A stretch of 64,000 bases of DNA from Ruminococcus sp. Lineage in GTDB: Bacteria > Bacillota > Clostridia > Oscillospirales > Ruminococcaceae. The stretch lies in NCBI GenBank assembly GCA_017470905.1, contig JAFUXL010000022.1, forward strand, positions 5,884 to 69,883. Direction: 5' to 3'. Position 1 is the first letter of the stretch, and each line of letters starts with the position of its first letter. Shown piece by piece: positions 10,907-21,673 of the stretch. The notes under the pieces are model-generated. The model was not told where the DNA came from, did not search any database, and worked only from the letters and a program-made list of their open reading frames with translations. Made by a program: the position numbers and the translations under genes.

Positions 10907-13425
10907 TCAAGCCTCAACGGGGAGCTTTGTAATAACACCTGCATCAAAGAGCTGTATGGCGGCTGCGTCCTTGCCTGTCACACCCTCAACGCCGTCAACA
11001 TCGGCATTTATCTTACCCTGCGGTTTGAGAGCGTATTTTTCGCCGTTTGCAAGGCTCTGGAGGATTGCCACCGCATCGGAGATGGTTACTTTTTTATCGA
11101 GGTTTGCATCGCCGTAGAGTTTTTCATCTGTGGGAACGGTTGTTTCTGTTTGCTTGCTGTCGTCCGAACCTGTATCGGGTACAGAACCGTCCGGTTCAGT
11201 GCCGCCGACAAGCACACCGTCATCATATACACAGATACGCTCGTTGAGAACCTCGGGAGGATTATCCACGGCAAAGAAATCTGTCTTTTCGCCGATTTTC
11301 ATTGTTTCAAAGCTCCAGTCATTCGAGGGATCCCAGTCATATACGACATACTGATGTGTTGTAGGATCGGTATATCCCTTGCCGTAGAAGCCGACAGAAA
11401 ACTGACATTTTTTCCAGAATTTGCAAATGTGTAATTGTCCCACGATACTTCAACGTAATATACATCGTCCATATCCTTGTATTTTTTGAGTTCGCTGACA
11501 TTTGCGGTTACGCCCTTGACCTCCATTTCAGCCTGGTCATAGAGCTTTTTGGTTTCAACGATACTCGGGTCGGATATTTCGGAGGTATTGATATAGTATC
11601 TCACCGAGATATTTTTTGAGGGCTTGGGTACACCCGACATTACCTTCATCGAGACTTCAACAGCACCCGTGCCGTCATCGTTGCGGCTGTCAATTCCGAT
11701 AGCCTCAACCCAGTAGCCTGTTCCGCCGCCCTCTGTATCGGGGTCGTACACCTCTTCGGGCGGAAAATTCTCTGTTATTGCCATATCGGGCGTGCCGAAC
11801 ATTTCGTACATACCTGCACAAGCACCCACAAATGCCGCATTATAGTCTATTGTTACTTCATTTTCACGCCAGTCGTTAGTGCTGTCGCTGTGAGCATCAT
11901 TTCCGTCGGGACCTCCTGCGAGTGCGCCCCAGAGGACGTGTTTCTGTTCACGGGGGTCTTCTGCCATTGTAAGTCCTGATGCCGCACGGTGATGAGGATT
12001 TTTTACAGCGGTTGAGTTATATCCCACAACAAACGACCTCGGACCGTGTGTGCCGTTCTTGCCTGCGAGAACAGTCTGTTCTTCGGTCTCCTTGAATGTT
12101 ATGTCGTTGTCGCCGAGGACGTAATTCATCTGTTTTTTAGCCCATTCGCTCCATTCGCTCGGCTTGCCGTTGTTATGATACTTGTCGTAGAGCAGGCATA
12201 TAAGCTGCATAGCGGTATTGTAACGGCAGCTTCCCCACTGGCTGAGGAATGCAAATCCGCCCTCTGTTTCAAGACCCTGCCATGTGCGGAGGCATTTCCC
12301 GAGACAGTCATCGTCCCAGAAATCATCGAATACATATTCGTTCTTGCCCTGAGCATCTCTTATTTTCTGAACGATATTGAGTTCGGGGTGTTCCTGATTT
12401 ATCACAGCCCACATAAGAGCCGCACCGCCCCACATATCGTTCCAGTTGTAGCAATAGCCTGAGGGAGCGTAATAATCAAATATGCCGTAAGCATAATCAA
12501 GGCACGAGGCATCACCTGTTGCGAGATACATCCATGCGGCTGCCCAGCACCAGTCATCCTCCCATTTGCTTGAACGATAAAAACTTACGGGACCGTCCGC
12601 ATTGTCGGAAAGCTCCTTTTCGTTGTCGTTTGCGAATTTCCAGAGAGCCTTTGCATAATCAAGGGATTTCTCCGCATATTCCTTATCTGTATCCTTGAAA
12701 TTCAGATAGTTTATCGCAAGCGATGCACAAGCCGATACAACATAATCCGTTTGCGGCTTTTCGGCAGTCAGGAACCATGCAGGGCGCACCATGCTGTCAA
12801 CCTCGGGGGCTTCCCATACGGCATGGTCTATTCCGCCCTCGCCTACCTGATAGCAGTGGGCGATAACCGTTCCGTCCTCGTCACGGAATGTACACTTCAT
12901 GAGATAATCGTTGAAATGTCTTAAAATCGTTTCGATATGGCTGTCCTGACCAAGCTTTTTGTATGTATCTCTGTATTCATAATATCCCCAGCCGAGGGTT
13001 GCCGCCGCATAGTTTTCGGGAATACCGAATTCAACGTGGTCGCCTGCATCATGCATACCGCCCGAAACATCAATAGTACCGTCGCCGTCGGGGTCGAGAA
13101 TATCCTTGTATTTGTCCATGAACTCCTGCGAAAGATTTGTTCCCGAATTTTCGCTTGTTCCGTCCCAGGGCTGCATAGGCACATGGGCATCGTAGGTGTG
13201 GCAGTCATCTCTCCATGAAAGAAGTGTATGCTCGCCAACCTCTTCACCGCACATATTCGCATCGTAGAAATACATTGAATACTGCAATGCACGGGCATAG
13301 TCAATATCAAGTCCCGAATCCTTTACGGTTGCGTCTGCGGCATCTGCTGTTACGGAAAACGGTACTGACGAAAGTGTTACAGCGGCGCACAAAGCGGCTG
13401 CTATAATTTTTTTAGCTTTCTTCAT
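10907..13425 (-). pseudogene. Cellulosomal GH9 endoglucanase (signal peptide-GH9-CBM3-dockerin), frameshifted at an A6 tract (11408-11413)
   Basis: GH9 motifs GGMHDAGDH, HHRAAS and NEVTIDYNA are in ORF 11299-13425. The CBM3 end and the dockerin (GDANLDKKVTISDAV...NADVDG) are in ORF 10907-11443. Adding one A gives NSGKKCQF and an 839-aa protein. Confidence 0.88.
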
Positions 13426-13547
13426 TGGTAATACCTCCCTAAATCAAATTGTCTGAAAATATAATATCACATATTTTTCAAAAAATCAATAGAATATTAA
13501 ATTTTTATGAAATTTTTTTGTATTCATGGACTTATCCGTGAATATAC

Positions 13548-13657
13548 AGATGAGCATTTTAAAATAATGCACAGAAATTTTTGTCTTATGTTTTGCTCCC
13601 CTCGCCGCATTCGGGAGAGAACAGTATTTTTTGAAAATCAATTTTAAATCTGCCTTA
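13548..13657 (+). mobile_element. MITE-like element family B, copy 1
   Basis: ATGAGCATTTTAAAATAATGCACAGAAATTTTT, a degenerate GCC-GCA hairpin, and right end ATTTTAAATCTGCCTTA. Confidence 0.7.
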
Positions 13658-13784
13658 TAACAGTAAAATATAAAATAAAATTGATTTTTGTATTGCAAAA
13701 TATTCCGTAATGTGTTAGAATAGTATTTGTTCCCGTGTAAATATAAATGGGGCATTGATTTACCGAAAGGATATGATAAGCAGA

Positions 13785-15290
13785 ATGAACAAAAAATTCA
13801 GGAAAATCATCGCCGCCGCACTGGGCTGCTGCATGATTTTAAGCGGCTGCGGAACTGTCGATGTTGCGCAGAATAACGAAACAGTACCGCAGGTGGTTTC
13901 CACGGATACTGCCGGCAGCGCAGAAAGCGGCGAAGCCTCCCCGACTGAAACCATCGGCGGAAAATCAAAAAAACGTTCGGGAGCAGGAAATGACGATACC
14001 GTCCAGGCTGCCGCAAAGGATAAGAAATCAGCCGAAAGCTCCGATGTGAATATTGATGAACTTCCGACCTATGCGCCCCCCGAAAACGGTCTTGTCGTGG
14101 AAAATCCCAATGCAGGCAGGAAAAGGGAAAAATCCTCCGATGACAACAGCTCCGAAAATGATGAAAATTCCGAAAATTACGATGATGAGAACAGTCAGGA
14201 CGAAAATTCATCGGGAAATTCCTCCGAAAAGAGAAATGTTCTGCAAAATCCGACCGTCGAGGAGCTTATGGACTATATGACGCTCGAAGAAAAGGTATGT
14301 CAGATGTTTATCGTCACCCCCGAACAGCTTGCAGGCTACAGCGATAACTATGCAGGAATTGATACGCAGAACGGCATTAAAAATTATCCCGTCGGCGGTA
14401 TCATATATTTTTCCAACAATATCGAATATTGGGAGCAGACCGCACAGATGATAAGCAATTCCCAGCAGTATGCAAAGGATACCTGCGGTGCCGGATTATT
14501 CATATCGGTTGACGAGGAGGGCGGATATGTGAACCGTGTCGCCGACAACCTCGGCACGACTTCGTTCTATGATATGTCCTATTACGGAAAGGACGATGAT
14601 ACTGCGGCGGCTTACAACATAGGCAGCACAATAGGCGGTTATCTTAGCAGTCTTGGTTTTAATCTTGATTTTGCACCCGTTGCGGACGTTAATATAAATC
14701 CCTATAACGAACTCGGCGACAGAATTTTCAGCAATGACCCGACCGTAGTTGCGGATATGGTATCCAATGTGGTTTCGGGTCTGCAAAGCACGGGTGTATG
14801 CGCTACTTTGAAGCATTTTCCGGGACTTGGCGCAGAGGGCGGAAATACCCATACCGACTCATTCGTAACGATAGACCGCACTCTTGAACAGCTCCGTGCC
14901 GAAGAGTTTGTTCCGTTCAAAAGGGGAATAAACAGCGGCGTAAGCTGTGTAATGGTAGGACATCAGATAGTTTCGGGAGTAGGAGACGGACTTCCCTCGG
15001 ATTTGTCATATGAAGTGGTTACAAATCTCCTGCGCAAGGAACTCGGCTTCAACGGTCTTATAATTACGGACTCGCACCAGATGGGTACTATTGCGAATGT
15101 ATACGGCTCGGGAGACTCCGCAGTAATGGCGATACAGGCAGGAGTTGACATAGTACTGATGCCCTATGACCTCGGAACTGCCGTTGACAGTGTATGCAGT
15201 GCCGTGAGAAACGGCTCTGTTTCCGAAAGCAGGATTGATGAGAGTGTCAGCAGAATACTCTATAAAAAATCTCAGCTCGGACTTTTGTAA
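13785..15290 (+). CDS. GH3 beta-N-acetylhexosaminidase-like lipoprotein
   Basis: Lipobox LSGC, low-complexity linker, and SVDEEGG, FAPVADV, KHFPGLG and IITDS motifs. Confidence 0.9.
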   Translation: MNKKFRKIIAAALGCCMILSGCGTVDVAQNNETVPQVVSTDTAGSAESGEASPTETIGGKSKKRSGAGNDDTVQAAAKDKKSAESSDVNIDELPTYAPPENGLVVENPNAGRKREKSSDDNSSENDENSENYDDENSQDENSSGNSSEKRNVLQNPTVEELMDYMTLEEKVCQMFIVTPEQLAGYSDNYAGIDTQNGIKNYPVGGIIYFSNNIEYWEQTAQMISNSQQYAKDTCGAGLFISVDEEGGYVNRVADNLGTTSFYDMSYYGKDDDTAAAYNIGSTIGGYLSSLGFNLDFAPVADVNINPYNELGDRIFSNDPTVVADMVSNVVSGLQSTGVCATLKHFPGLGAEGGNTHTDSFVTIDRTLEQLRAEEFVPFKRGINSGVSCVMVGHQIVSGVGDGLPSDLSYEVVTNLLRKELGFNGLIITDSHQMGTIANVYGSGDSAVMAIQAGVDIVLMPYDLGTAVDSVCSAVRNGSVSESRIDESVSRILYKKSQLGLL

Positions 15291-15397
15291 ATGCATAATT
15301 CATAATTTATGTTATAAATGAGCGTTTTAAATATGCACAAAAATTTTTGTATCTTGTATTTGTTTCCTCTGCCGCAGTCGGGGGAAACATGGTTTTT
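15290..15397 (+). mobile_element. Heptamer repeat (ATGCATAATTCATAATT) followed by family B copy 2
   Basis: AAATGAGCGTTTTAAATATGCACAAAAATTTTT...TGTTTCCTCTGCCGCAGTCGGGGGAAACA; no clear right TIR. Confidence 0.7.
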
Positions 15398-15423
15398 ATA
15401 TAATTTTTTTACACTATAAAAAT

Positions 15424-15460
15424 AAATCCCGAAACATAGAAAACTGCTTCGGGATTTTTT
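15424..15460. terminator. Bidirectional terminator between the GH3 gene and degV
   Basis: AAATCCCGAA/TTCGGGATTT with flanking A and T tracts. Confidence 0.65.
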
Positions 15461-15468
15461 ATATATTA

Positions 15469-16338
15469 TTACCAGCTTCCGCCGAATTTTTTCAGGAATA
15501 CCAGTATGACAACGTTCGGACCGAGGTGAGATGCGATGGTACAGCCCGATTTTACGGTATAGAGATGTTTCGGGCTGACGATATTCTTGACACGGTTTTC
15601 ACACATTTCAAGGATGTCGGAGTCTGCGCCGGTATGTACTATGAAGAAAGTATCATCATCTATTGATTTTCCGTCACTAAGCTCTTCCGTGAGAAATTTG
15701 CTTATTGATTCATTAAATCTTCCACGATATTTTTTATCAACATCGAGTTTGCCGTCTTTTGTTACTATGATATTCGGTTTTATATTGAACATTGTTGCGC
15801 CGAACCTTGCGACTGCGGAGCATCTGCCGCCTTTATAGAGAAAATCCATTTTATCAACAACACAGGTAGCTCTTACTTTTCCAATCATGAAATGCGAACT
15901 GTCGATAATTTCGTTGAGGAAATGCCCTTCTTCGAGCATTTTTGCGGCATTGAGTACAATCATACCCTCTGCACAGGTTGCGGTTCTTGTGTCGATTACA
16001 TGGATATGACCGAGTTTCTTTGCGTTTATATCGGCGTTTATATACGACTTGGAAAGCTCTGCGCTGATGGTGAAATGAATTATCTCATAGCCCTGACGTA
16101 CAAGGGGAGCAAAGAATTTAAAAGTTTCATCAAGGGTAGGCTCTGTGGTTTTCGGGAGCATACTTCTCGTCGCTGCGAAAGAGAATATGTCTTGGGGTGT
16201 AACATCAACTCCGTCATGGTAGATGCTTCCGCCGAGGGTTACGTTGAGGGGCAGGACTTTTATGCCGTACTTTTTGACTAATTCGGGTGGGAGGTCTGCT
16301 GTGCTGTCACAAGTGATAAGAATTTTTTCACGTTCCAT
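15469..16338 (-). CDS. DegV family fatty-acid-binding protein
   Basis: ITCDSTADL, ISAELSKSY, LYKGGR and IASHLGP motifs. Confidence 0.93.
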   Translation of the reverse strand: MEREKILITCDSTADLPPELVKKYGIKVLPLNVTLGGSIYHDGVDVTPQDIFSFAATRSMLPKTTEPTLDETFKFFAPLVRQGYEIIHFTISAELSKSYINADINAKKLGHIHVIDTRTATCAEGMIVLNAAKMLEEGHFLNEIIDSSHFMIGKVRATCVVDKMDFLYKGGRCSAVARFGATMFNIKPNIIVTKDGKLDVDKKYRGRFNESISKFLTEELSDGKSIDDDTFFIVHTGADSDILEMCENRVKNIVSPKHLYTVKSGCTIASHLGPNVVILVFLKKFGGSW

Positions 16339-16572
16339 TGATTTCATTCCTTTCATACATGAAAGAGCTTTCATCTGTAAATCGGCATTTGCTCAGTCAC
16401 GGTTTCATATTGTTTTTAAAATATGAGCGATAAATTTTCGTTATCTATATTGTATCACTTATTTTTGATTTTGTCAAGAATTATTTACTATTCTTAACAA
16501 AAAATTTTTATTACAGCCTGTATTTTTATAAAAATTAATAGTTTCTTAAAATTTTGGAAATATTTATAACAC

Positions 16573-16686
16573 GAATGAGCATTAACTTTTATATTTCTTC
16601 CCTCCGCCTGAGGCGGGGGGGGAACGGTGTTTTTTATTACATTTTTCCCTGTTCATATGATTACGGCGGTGAATAAATTGCTCATA
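16573..16686 (+). mobile_element. Family B copy 3, internally deleted; its right TIR overlaps the response regulator stop codon
   Basis: GAATGAGCATT...CCCTCCGCCTGAGGCGGGGGG...AAATTGCTCAT. Confidence 0.62.
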
Positions 16687-17308
16687 CAAGGTCGTTTTTT
16701 ATTGCAAAGACTGCAAGCTGTGTTCTGTCTTTAAGATTAAGCTTTTCGAGCAGTTTTGATATTCCGTTTCTGACAGTACCCTCCGCAAGAAAAAGCCTTG
16801 CGGCAATTTCCTTATTGTCGCAGCCGTCACAGATAAGGCGAAGAAAATCCCTTTCACGTTCCGTCAGGTCGAGGCTTCTTGCGTCCTGCGGAACGGAGGT
16901 TTCTTTTCTTATTGAACGGAATATATTGTCGCAGAAAACATTTATCCCACCTGCAACGGCTTTTATGGAATTGATTATCTGTTCGTTGTCCATTTCTTTC
17001 AGGATATAACCGTCCGCACCGCTTGCCATAGCCTTGCTGACGGTTTCCTTGTCGTCAAAGGTAGTAAGCACGAGGACTTTTACGCCGCTGAGCTTTTGTT
17101 TTATTTCTCTTGTGCCGTATCCGCCGTCATAGTCGGGCATACGCATATCCATGAGTACAACATCGGGCTTATATCTCACGCTAAGTTCATAGGCTTCCTT
17201 GCCGTTTGAAGCCTCGGCAACGACTTTTATTGAGCTTTCCTGCGAAAGTACGGCTTTAAGCCCCTCACGCAGTATTTTTACATCATCGGCGATAATTACA
17301 TTTATCAT
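16682..17308 (-). CDS. NarL/LuxR family response regulator
   Basis: Receiver domain (IADD, LMDMRMP, LTTFD, GYILK) plus a LuxR HTH (LTERE...NKEIAARLFLAEGTVRN). Confidence 0.96.
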   Translation of the reverse strand: MINVIIADDVKILREGLKAVLSQESSIKVVAEASNGKEAYELSVRYKPDVVLMDMRMPDYDGGYGTREIKQKLSGVKVLVLTTFDDKETVSKAMASGADGYILKEMDNEQIINSIKAVAGGINVFCDNIFRSIRKETSVPQDARSLDLTERERDFLRLICDGCDNKEIAARLFLAEGTVRNGISKLLEKLNLKDRTQLAVFAIKNDLV

Positions 17309-17333
17309 ATAAGCACTTCCTGTTTTTAATTCA

Positions 17334-18887
17334 TTAGACTGGTATTTTTATTATGGTGGTAAATCCCTCTCCCTCAACGGAGCTGAAACGGACTGTGCCG
17401 CCGAGACCTTCGGTTCTCCTGCGGATACCTTGCATACCGTTGTTTTCCTTGATTTTCTTGCAGCCCCTGCCGTTGTCGAGGATATATATTTCGAGCCTGT
17501 CGGACATGAATTTTATAATTATGTCAATATGCTCCGCATCGGAATATCTCATCGCATTGGTGATTGTCTCACGGCAGTTGTCATATACCTGACGTATGCA
17601 GAATGAATATCTTTCGTCCTCCGTACCCTGAATGCACAAATCTATGTCAATATTCCTGACCGCATCGGCAATCGAGCGCACAGCACCGGTGACGGATTTC
17701 ATGAATGTATCGTCACGCAGATTATTTATTGAGCATCTTAGCTGAGTTACGCCGCTTCTTGAAAGACCGTCTATTTCGCTGATACATTCGTTTATTTCGT
17801 CATTGTCCGAGAGCCTTACCTTTAGCATTCTTGCGAGGGAGCTTATCAGGGTAAAGGTATGTCCTGCACTGTCATGAATTTCCTGCGCTATGCGGTTTCT
17901 TTCCTGTTCAATGCTGAGTTGTCTTTCTGTACGGGCGAGTTCGTAGTATTCCGTTACATTATTTATAATGATTATTCTTGCCATTATACTGCCCGACCTG
18001 TCGGAGCAGAAGCTTTGCTTTATATTATAATAACGGCTTTCGAAGCTTATTTCGCCCGATTGAAAATCATCGTCCATATCAAGTCCCGTCTTTCGGCGCA
18101 GCATATCGAAATTTTCAATATCACGGAAAATATTTTCCGCATATTTGTTTATATACGAAAGATTGTTTTCGCTGTCGAAAACAATGACACCGCCCGAAAT
18201 ATTGTCTATTGTATCATTTATTGCAATGCGGTTTATATTCAGCAGACCGAAACGGCTTATAGCTATCAGTATCATAATGCTTGAAAAGGCGAAAAACAGG
18301 GGAGTAAGCTCTATCCCGACATTTATAATCCCTGTGACTGTCAGAGTATTCACAGCCATGGGAACAGATGCGGAAAGGGTCAGAAGCATAATTTGTTTGG
18401 TTATGCGGCTTTTTCCCCTTATATGCTTTATGCACATCATGGTAATGCCTGCTATTATGCAGATATAGTATATAATCTGGAAAACATAGAATAAAATACC
18501 GTATGTTATATTGCCCGTGCCGAAATCTGCATAGTATATCTTATGTATGGGATTTGTGAGTATCATTATCATGGAAAGAAAGGATATGACGGGCGCATAA
18601 TTTATTATTTTATGCTTTATATCGGAAAATTCCGAGGAGAACATGAGCCACACGGGGGAGAATGTACTAATCCCGATGTTGCCTATTATATAGCTTATCC
18701 AAAGCTGCTTTTCCGTTACGGAAAACAGTATCATAAGCTGTGATATTATCCACAGGACTATAGCTGTCTGACATACGGAAAAGCAGATTGTCACCTTGTT
18801 TGTGTTTCCTCGTCGGAGTATCCATGCGAGAGAGCCGAGCATACCGAAAAGTCCTGCGAGGAGCAGGAAAACGGAAAATAATTTTAT
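17334..18887 (-). CDS. 7TM-sensor histidine kinase (HisKA_3 type)
   Basis: Multiple TM helices, ERNRIAQEIHDSAGH, ETITNAMRY and DNGRG. The first ATG is at 18842, but the open hydrophobic frame and the RBS suggest a start at ATA 18887. Confidence 0.92.
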   Translation of the reverse strand: MKLFSVFLLLAGLFGMLGSLAWILRRGNTNKVTICFSVCQTAIVLWIISQLMILFSVTEKQLWISYIIGNIGISTFSPVWLMFSSEFSDIKHKIINYAPVISFLSMIMILTNPIHKIYYADFGTGNITYGILFYVFQIIYYICIIAGITMMCIKHIRGKSRITKQIMLLTLSASVPMAVNTLTVTGIINVGIELTPLFFAFSSIMILIAISRFGLLNINRIAINDTIDNISGGVIVFDSENNLSYINKYAENIFRDIENFDMLRRKTGLDMDDDFQSGEISFESRYYNIKQSFCSDRSGSIMARIIIINNVTEYYELARTERQLSIEQERNRIAQEIHDSAGHTFTLISSLARMLKVRLSDNDEINECISEIDGLSRSGVTQLRCSINNLRDDTFMKSVTGAVRSIADAVRNIDIDLCIQGTEDERYSFCIRQVYDNCRETITNAMRYSDAEHIDIIIKFMSDRLEIYILDNGRGCKKIKENNGMQGIRRRTEGLGGTVRFSSVEGEGFTTIIKIPV

Positions 18888-18909
18888 AACAGCAACTCAC
18901 CCCTTTTTT

Positions 18910-18978
18910 AATGCATAATTCATAATTATAAATTTCCCGCATATTCCTCCGCCGCAGACGGTGGAAATGTACGGTTTT
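18910..18978. repeat. Heptamer repeat plus a family-B-type hairpin in the kinase 5' UTR
   Basis: ATGCATAATTCATAATT followed by CATATTCCTCCGCCGCAGACGGTGGAAATG. Confidence 0.6.
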
Positions 18979-19057
18979 ATATATTATAACACATTGCCTG
19001 ATAAATTTCAATACAAAAATCCCCGGCAGAAGTCGGGGATTATTATTCTTTATTAAT

Positions 19058-19110
19058 CTCACTGCACTTTGTTCCGTCAGTTCTGAGGGCAAGAGCGAAA
19101 ATGCCCCCTT
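19058..19110 (+). repeat. Family A partial copy
   Basis: CTCACTGCACTTTGTTCCGT...GCAAGAGCGAAAA matches the reverse complement of 46003-46060. Confidence 0.6.
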
Positions 19111-19128
19111 TAATTATGCATTACAGAT

Positions 19129-21495
19129 TTACCAGCTCCAGTCGCTGAATTTGAGGGCAAGCTTTTCCCTGACTGATATTCCCCTTGATTTGCAGTATTC
19201 GTTTACGGAGGCTATAGCTATGAGGATAATTCCTGCCATGAAGAGATATACCCACCAGCCCATTGTCGTGAGGTACTTTCTTGATGAATATACCGTTATG
19301 AACAAAAGGGCGATTGAAGATGCCGCAAACCATGTCTTGCTTTTGGTAATGAATGAGAGTATCATAATTCCCGTTGTCACGGAAAGCACAAATATTGTAT
19401 TTCCTGCGATATGGAATTTTATCGCATCGCTTATAAGCCCTATGAACGAAAGCATATAGATGAATGTCGAGGAATATTTCGATGCTGTGGGGTGATTTTT
19501 CCAGATAAATCTGTATGCCGTACCCGTGAGGGCTATTATCAGGAGGGTTATTTTGTCTGTTATCATTTCGTTTTCCGATATGAGGAACGGACGGTTTATG
19601 AAAGCCAGTGATGTTATAACCGCAGATACGGAGAGGAGTATTGATGCCATATCCTTTGATGTATTTTTCTTGATGAAGCAGGCGATATATAATGCCCATG
19701 CAAGAAGTGTGAAGAATGAATGTGACTTTTCGCCGTCCATCATGAGGAAAAGAGTAACTGCTCCCCCTGTAAGCGCAGTGTCAAATGCTGTCTTTTCCTC
19801 ATTTTTGATGATGAACGCTTCCCTGAAAAAGACTCTCGATGCCGCCATAAGCAGTATAAAGAGTGCGGACATTATATATATAACTATATCATGATTTTTG
19901 TCGGAGAGGTGTTCCGCAAGGCTGTACGTCATCATTATGAGAGCTGCCGCAGAACCTGCCGAAGAGAGATTATTGCTCATCTTGTTGGATACGAAGAAGT
20001 GAATTATGCATATTATCATCGGCAACAGTATCAAATCCGAGTATCCGCTTGTATATAAGAGCGCATATGCGGCAAGGTACATATTTGAATATAATATCAT
20101 ATTGCTTTTAAGCGGGTGCTTTGCGTGGAAAGAAAAGGCATATTTCGGCAGATATATAACCGCCGCCGCAGCCGCCGTGAGCAGCAGTGCAAATATGCTG
20201 TGAACTATGGTTAATATGTCTCTGTCGGGAATATTTGATATTTTGCAGAAGTAGCTGCTGTATTCGTTTGCAATGAAGCAGAGGAGAACGGGCGATATTA
20301 TTCCCGATACAATCTGTATGCTCTTGCTTTCGCTGAAAATATACGATGCGAATATAACCGTCATTATGCATACGGGTATCATCTGATATACGAAGTATTC
20401 GCCGTATCCTGACGATGCCGATATGAGAGAGCCTGCTGCCGCCGCAGTGATTGTATAAATTTCCGTGAAATTGTTTTTAAGCTGCGGTACAAATCTGTGG
20501 GCAAGGCATATAAAAATGGTTATCATTCCGAAAGTAATCATAGCCGCATGGTCGCCGTAGTAATTGTCCGTCATGGATGATATGACAAGTGCCGCATAGG
20601 TGCTTACGATGCTTTCGCATATTACAGCAGACTTATTGTTGAAATATACTCCGTAGAATACAAGCTGTCCGATAATCAATGCGAGTATTCCTGTCGAATA
20701 CATATCGGGATTTAAAGTTTCGCCTATTACGTATATCAATGATATTACCGCAAGGAACACCGAGAAGAAAAATCCCGTAACTGCAAACTGTCTGCCGAGG
20801 GGCATTTTCTCATGTATTCTGAATAACAGTATCAGTGCGGTTATTATTGTCTGTGCGATTATGCACATAATGGCTGCCTGTCTGAAATTATCCGCAAGCT
20901 GATATATAATGCATGGTATAACGAGGAATGCCGCAGATAATCCGACATATGAAAAAGCATTGTATTTATAGAGATTGTATGCGAGTATCGAGAGCACAGC
21001 CGTTATGATGCAGGCTATTGCATACAATATACCTGCTCCGCCGCCGTCAACAGCGAGCCAGTCTCCGAATATATTATAAAATCCTGCCGTTACGAGTGTT
21101 ACTGATACGAAAATAGTTCCTGCCGTATAGAATGATGTGGACGTTCCGTGGAGCTTGAAAACCTTTCTGAAAAATCCGCTTAATCCGAATGATACTGCAC
21201 AGGCTAGGAACATTATGCCTACTCTGCCCTGCGGAGTGGTTTTTACCCAGCCTGCAACTCCGAAGGCTATTCCTGAAAGGACGATAAATGCCGTACCTAT
21301 CAGGAGCATGACGGTTGACGAACTCATAGGCTCACGCTTCGGCTTTGGTTTCTTTATTGTTTCGGGATTGCTTTCATGGTTTGAACTGCGTGATTTTTTG
21401 ACGAGGCTGACTATGAACATTGTAATTCCTATCGGTATGCATATGGGGGCAATGATAAGAACTGACAGTAGTATAATAATTAAAATTCCCAGCAT
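19129..21495 (-). CDS. Large polytopic membrane protein of unknown function
   Basis: About 790 aa, almost entirely hydrophobic helices, with C-terminal WWVYLFMAGIILIAIASVNE. Confidence 0.85.
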   Translation of the reverse strand: MLGILIIILLSVLIIAPICIPIGITMFIVSLVKKSRSSNHESNPETIKKPKPKREPMSSSTVMLLIGTAFIVLSGIAFGVAGWVKTTPQGRVGIMFLACAVSFGLSGFFRKVFKLHGTSTSFYTAGTIFVSVTLVTAGFYNIFGDWLAVDGGGAGILYAIACIITAVLSILAYNLYKYNAFSYVGLSAAFLVIPCIIYQLADNFRQAAIMCIIAQTIITALILLFRIHEKMPLGRQFAVTGFFFSVFLAVISLIYVIGETLNPDMYSTGILALIIGQLVFYGVYFNNKSAVICESIVSTYAALVISSMTDNYYGDHAAMITFGMITIFICLAHRFVPQLKNNFTEIYTITAAAAGSLISASSGYGEYFVYQMIPVCIMTVIFASYIFSESKSIQIVSGIISPVLLCFIANEYSSYFCKISNIPDRDILTIVHSIFALLLTAAAAAVIYLPKYAFSFHAKHPLKSNMILYSNMYLAAYALLYTSGYSDLILLPMIICIIHFFVSNKMSNNLSSAGSAAALIMMTYSLAEHLSDKNHDIVIYIMSALFILLMAASRVFFREAFIIKNEEKTAFDTALTGGAVTLFLMMDGEKSHSFFTLLAWALYIACFIKKNTSKDMASILLSVSAVITSLAFINRPFLISENEMITDKITLLIIALTGTAYRFIWKNHPTASKYSSTFIYMLSFIGLISDAIKFHIAGNTIFVLSVTTGIMILSFITKSKTWFAASSIALLFITVYSSRKYLTTMGWWVYLFMAGIILIAIASVNEYCKSRGISVREKLALKFSDWSW

Positions 21496-21534
21496 AAATA
21501 TCACCCTTTCATATTTTCGCTGTTTGTTTCCGTA

Positions 21535-21603
21535 ATTATATGATACAGGATTTTTATGGAAATTTTAAGGTGTATTTCGTCATTTCAGGAGTGACAAATG
21601 TCA
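21535..21603 (-). promoter_or_regulatory. Activator-type promoter with tandem TGACA-N2-TGTCA boxes
   Basis: TGACAAATGTCA at 21592-21603 and degenerate TGTATTTCGTCA at 21571-21582 (21 bp apart); TATAAT at 21540-21535; poor -35. Confidence 0.6.
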
Positions 21604-21618
21604 TTTTTTACAGAAACT

Positions 21619-21648
21619 GCCCCCGTACTCTTTAAGTACGGGGGCTTT
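21619..21648 (-). terminator. Terminator after the PAP2 gene
   Basis: GCCCCCGTACT/AGTACGGGGGC stem. Confidence 0.7.
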
Positions 21649-21673
21649 CTGATATTATTTATATCAATTTATA

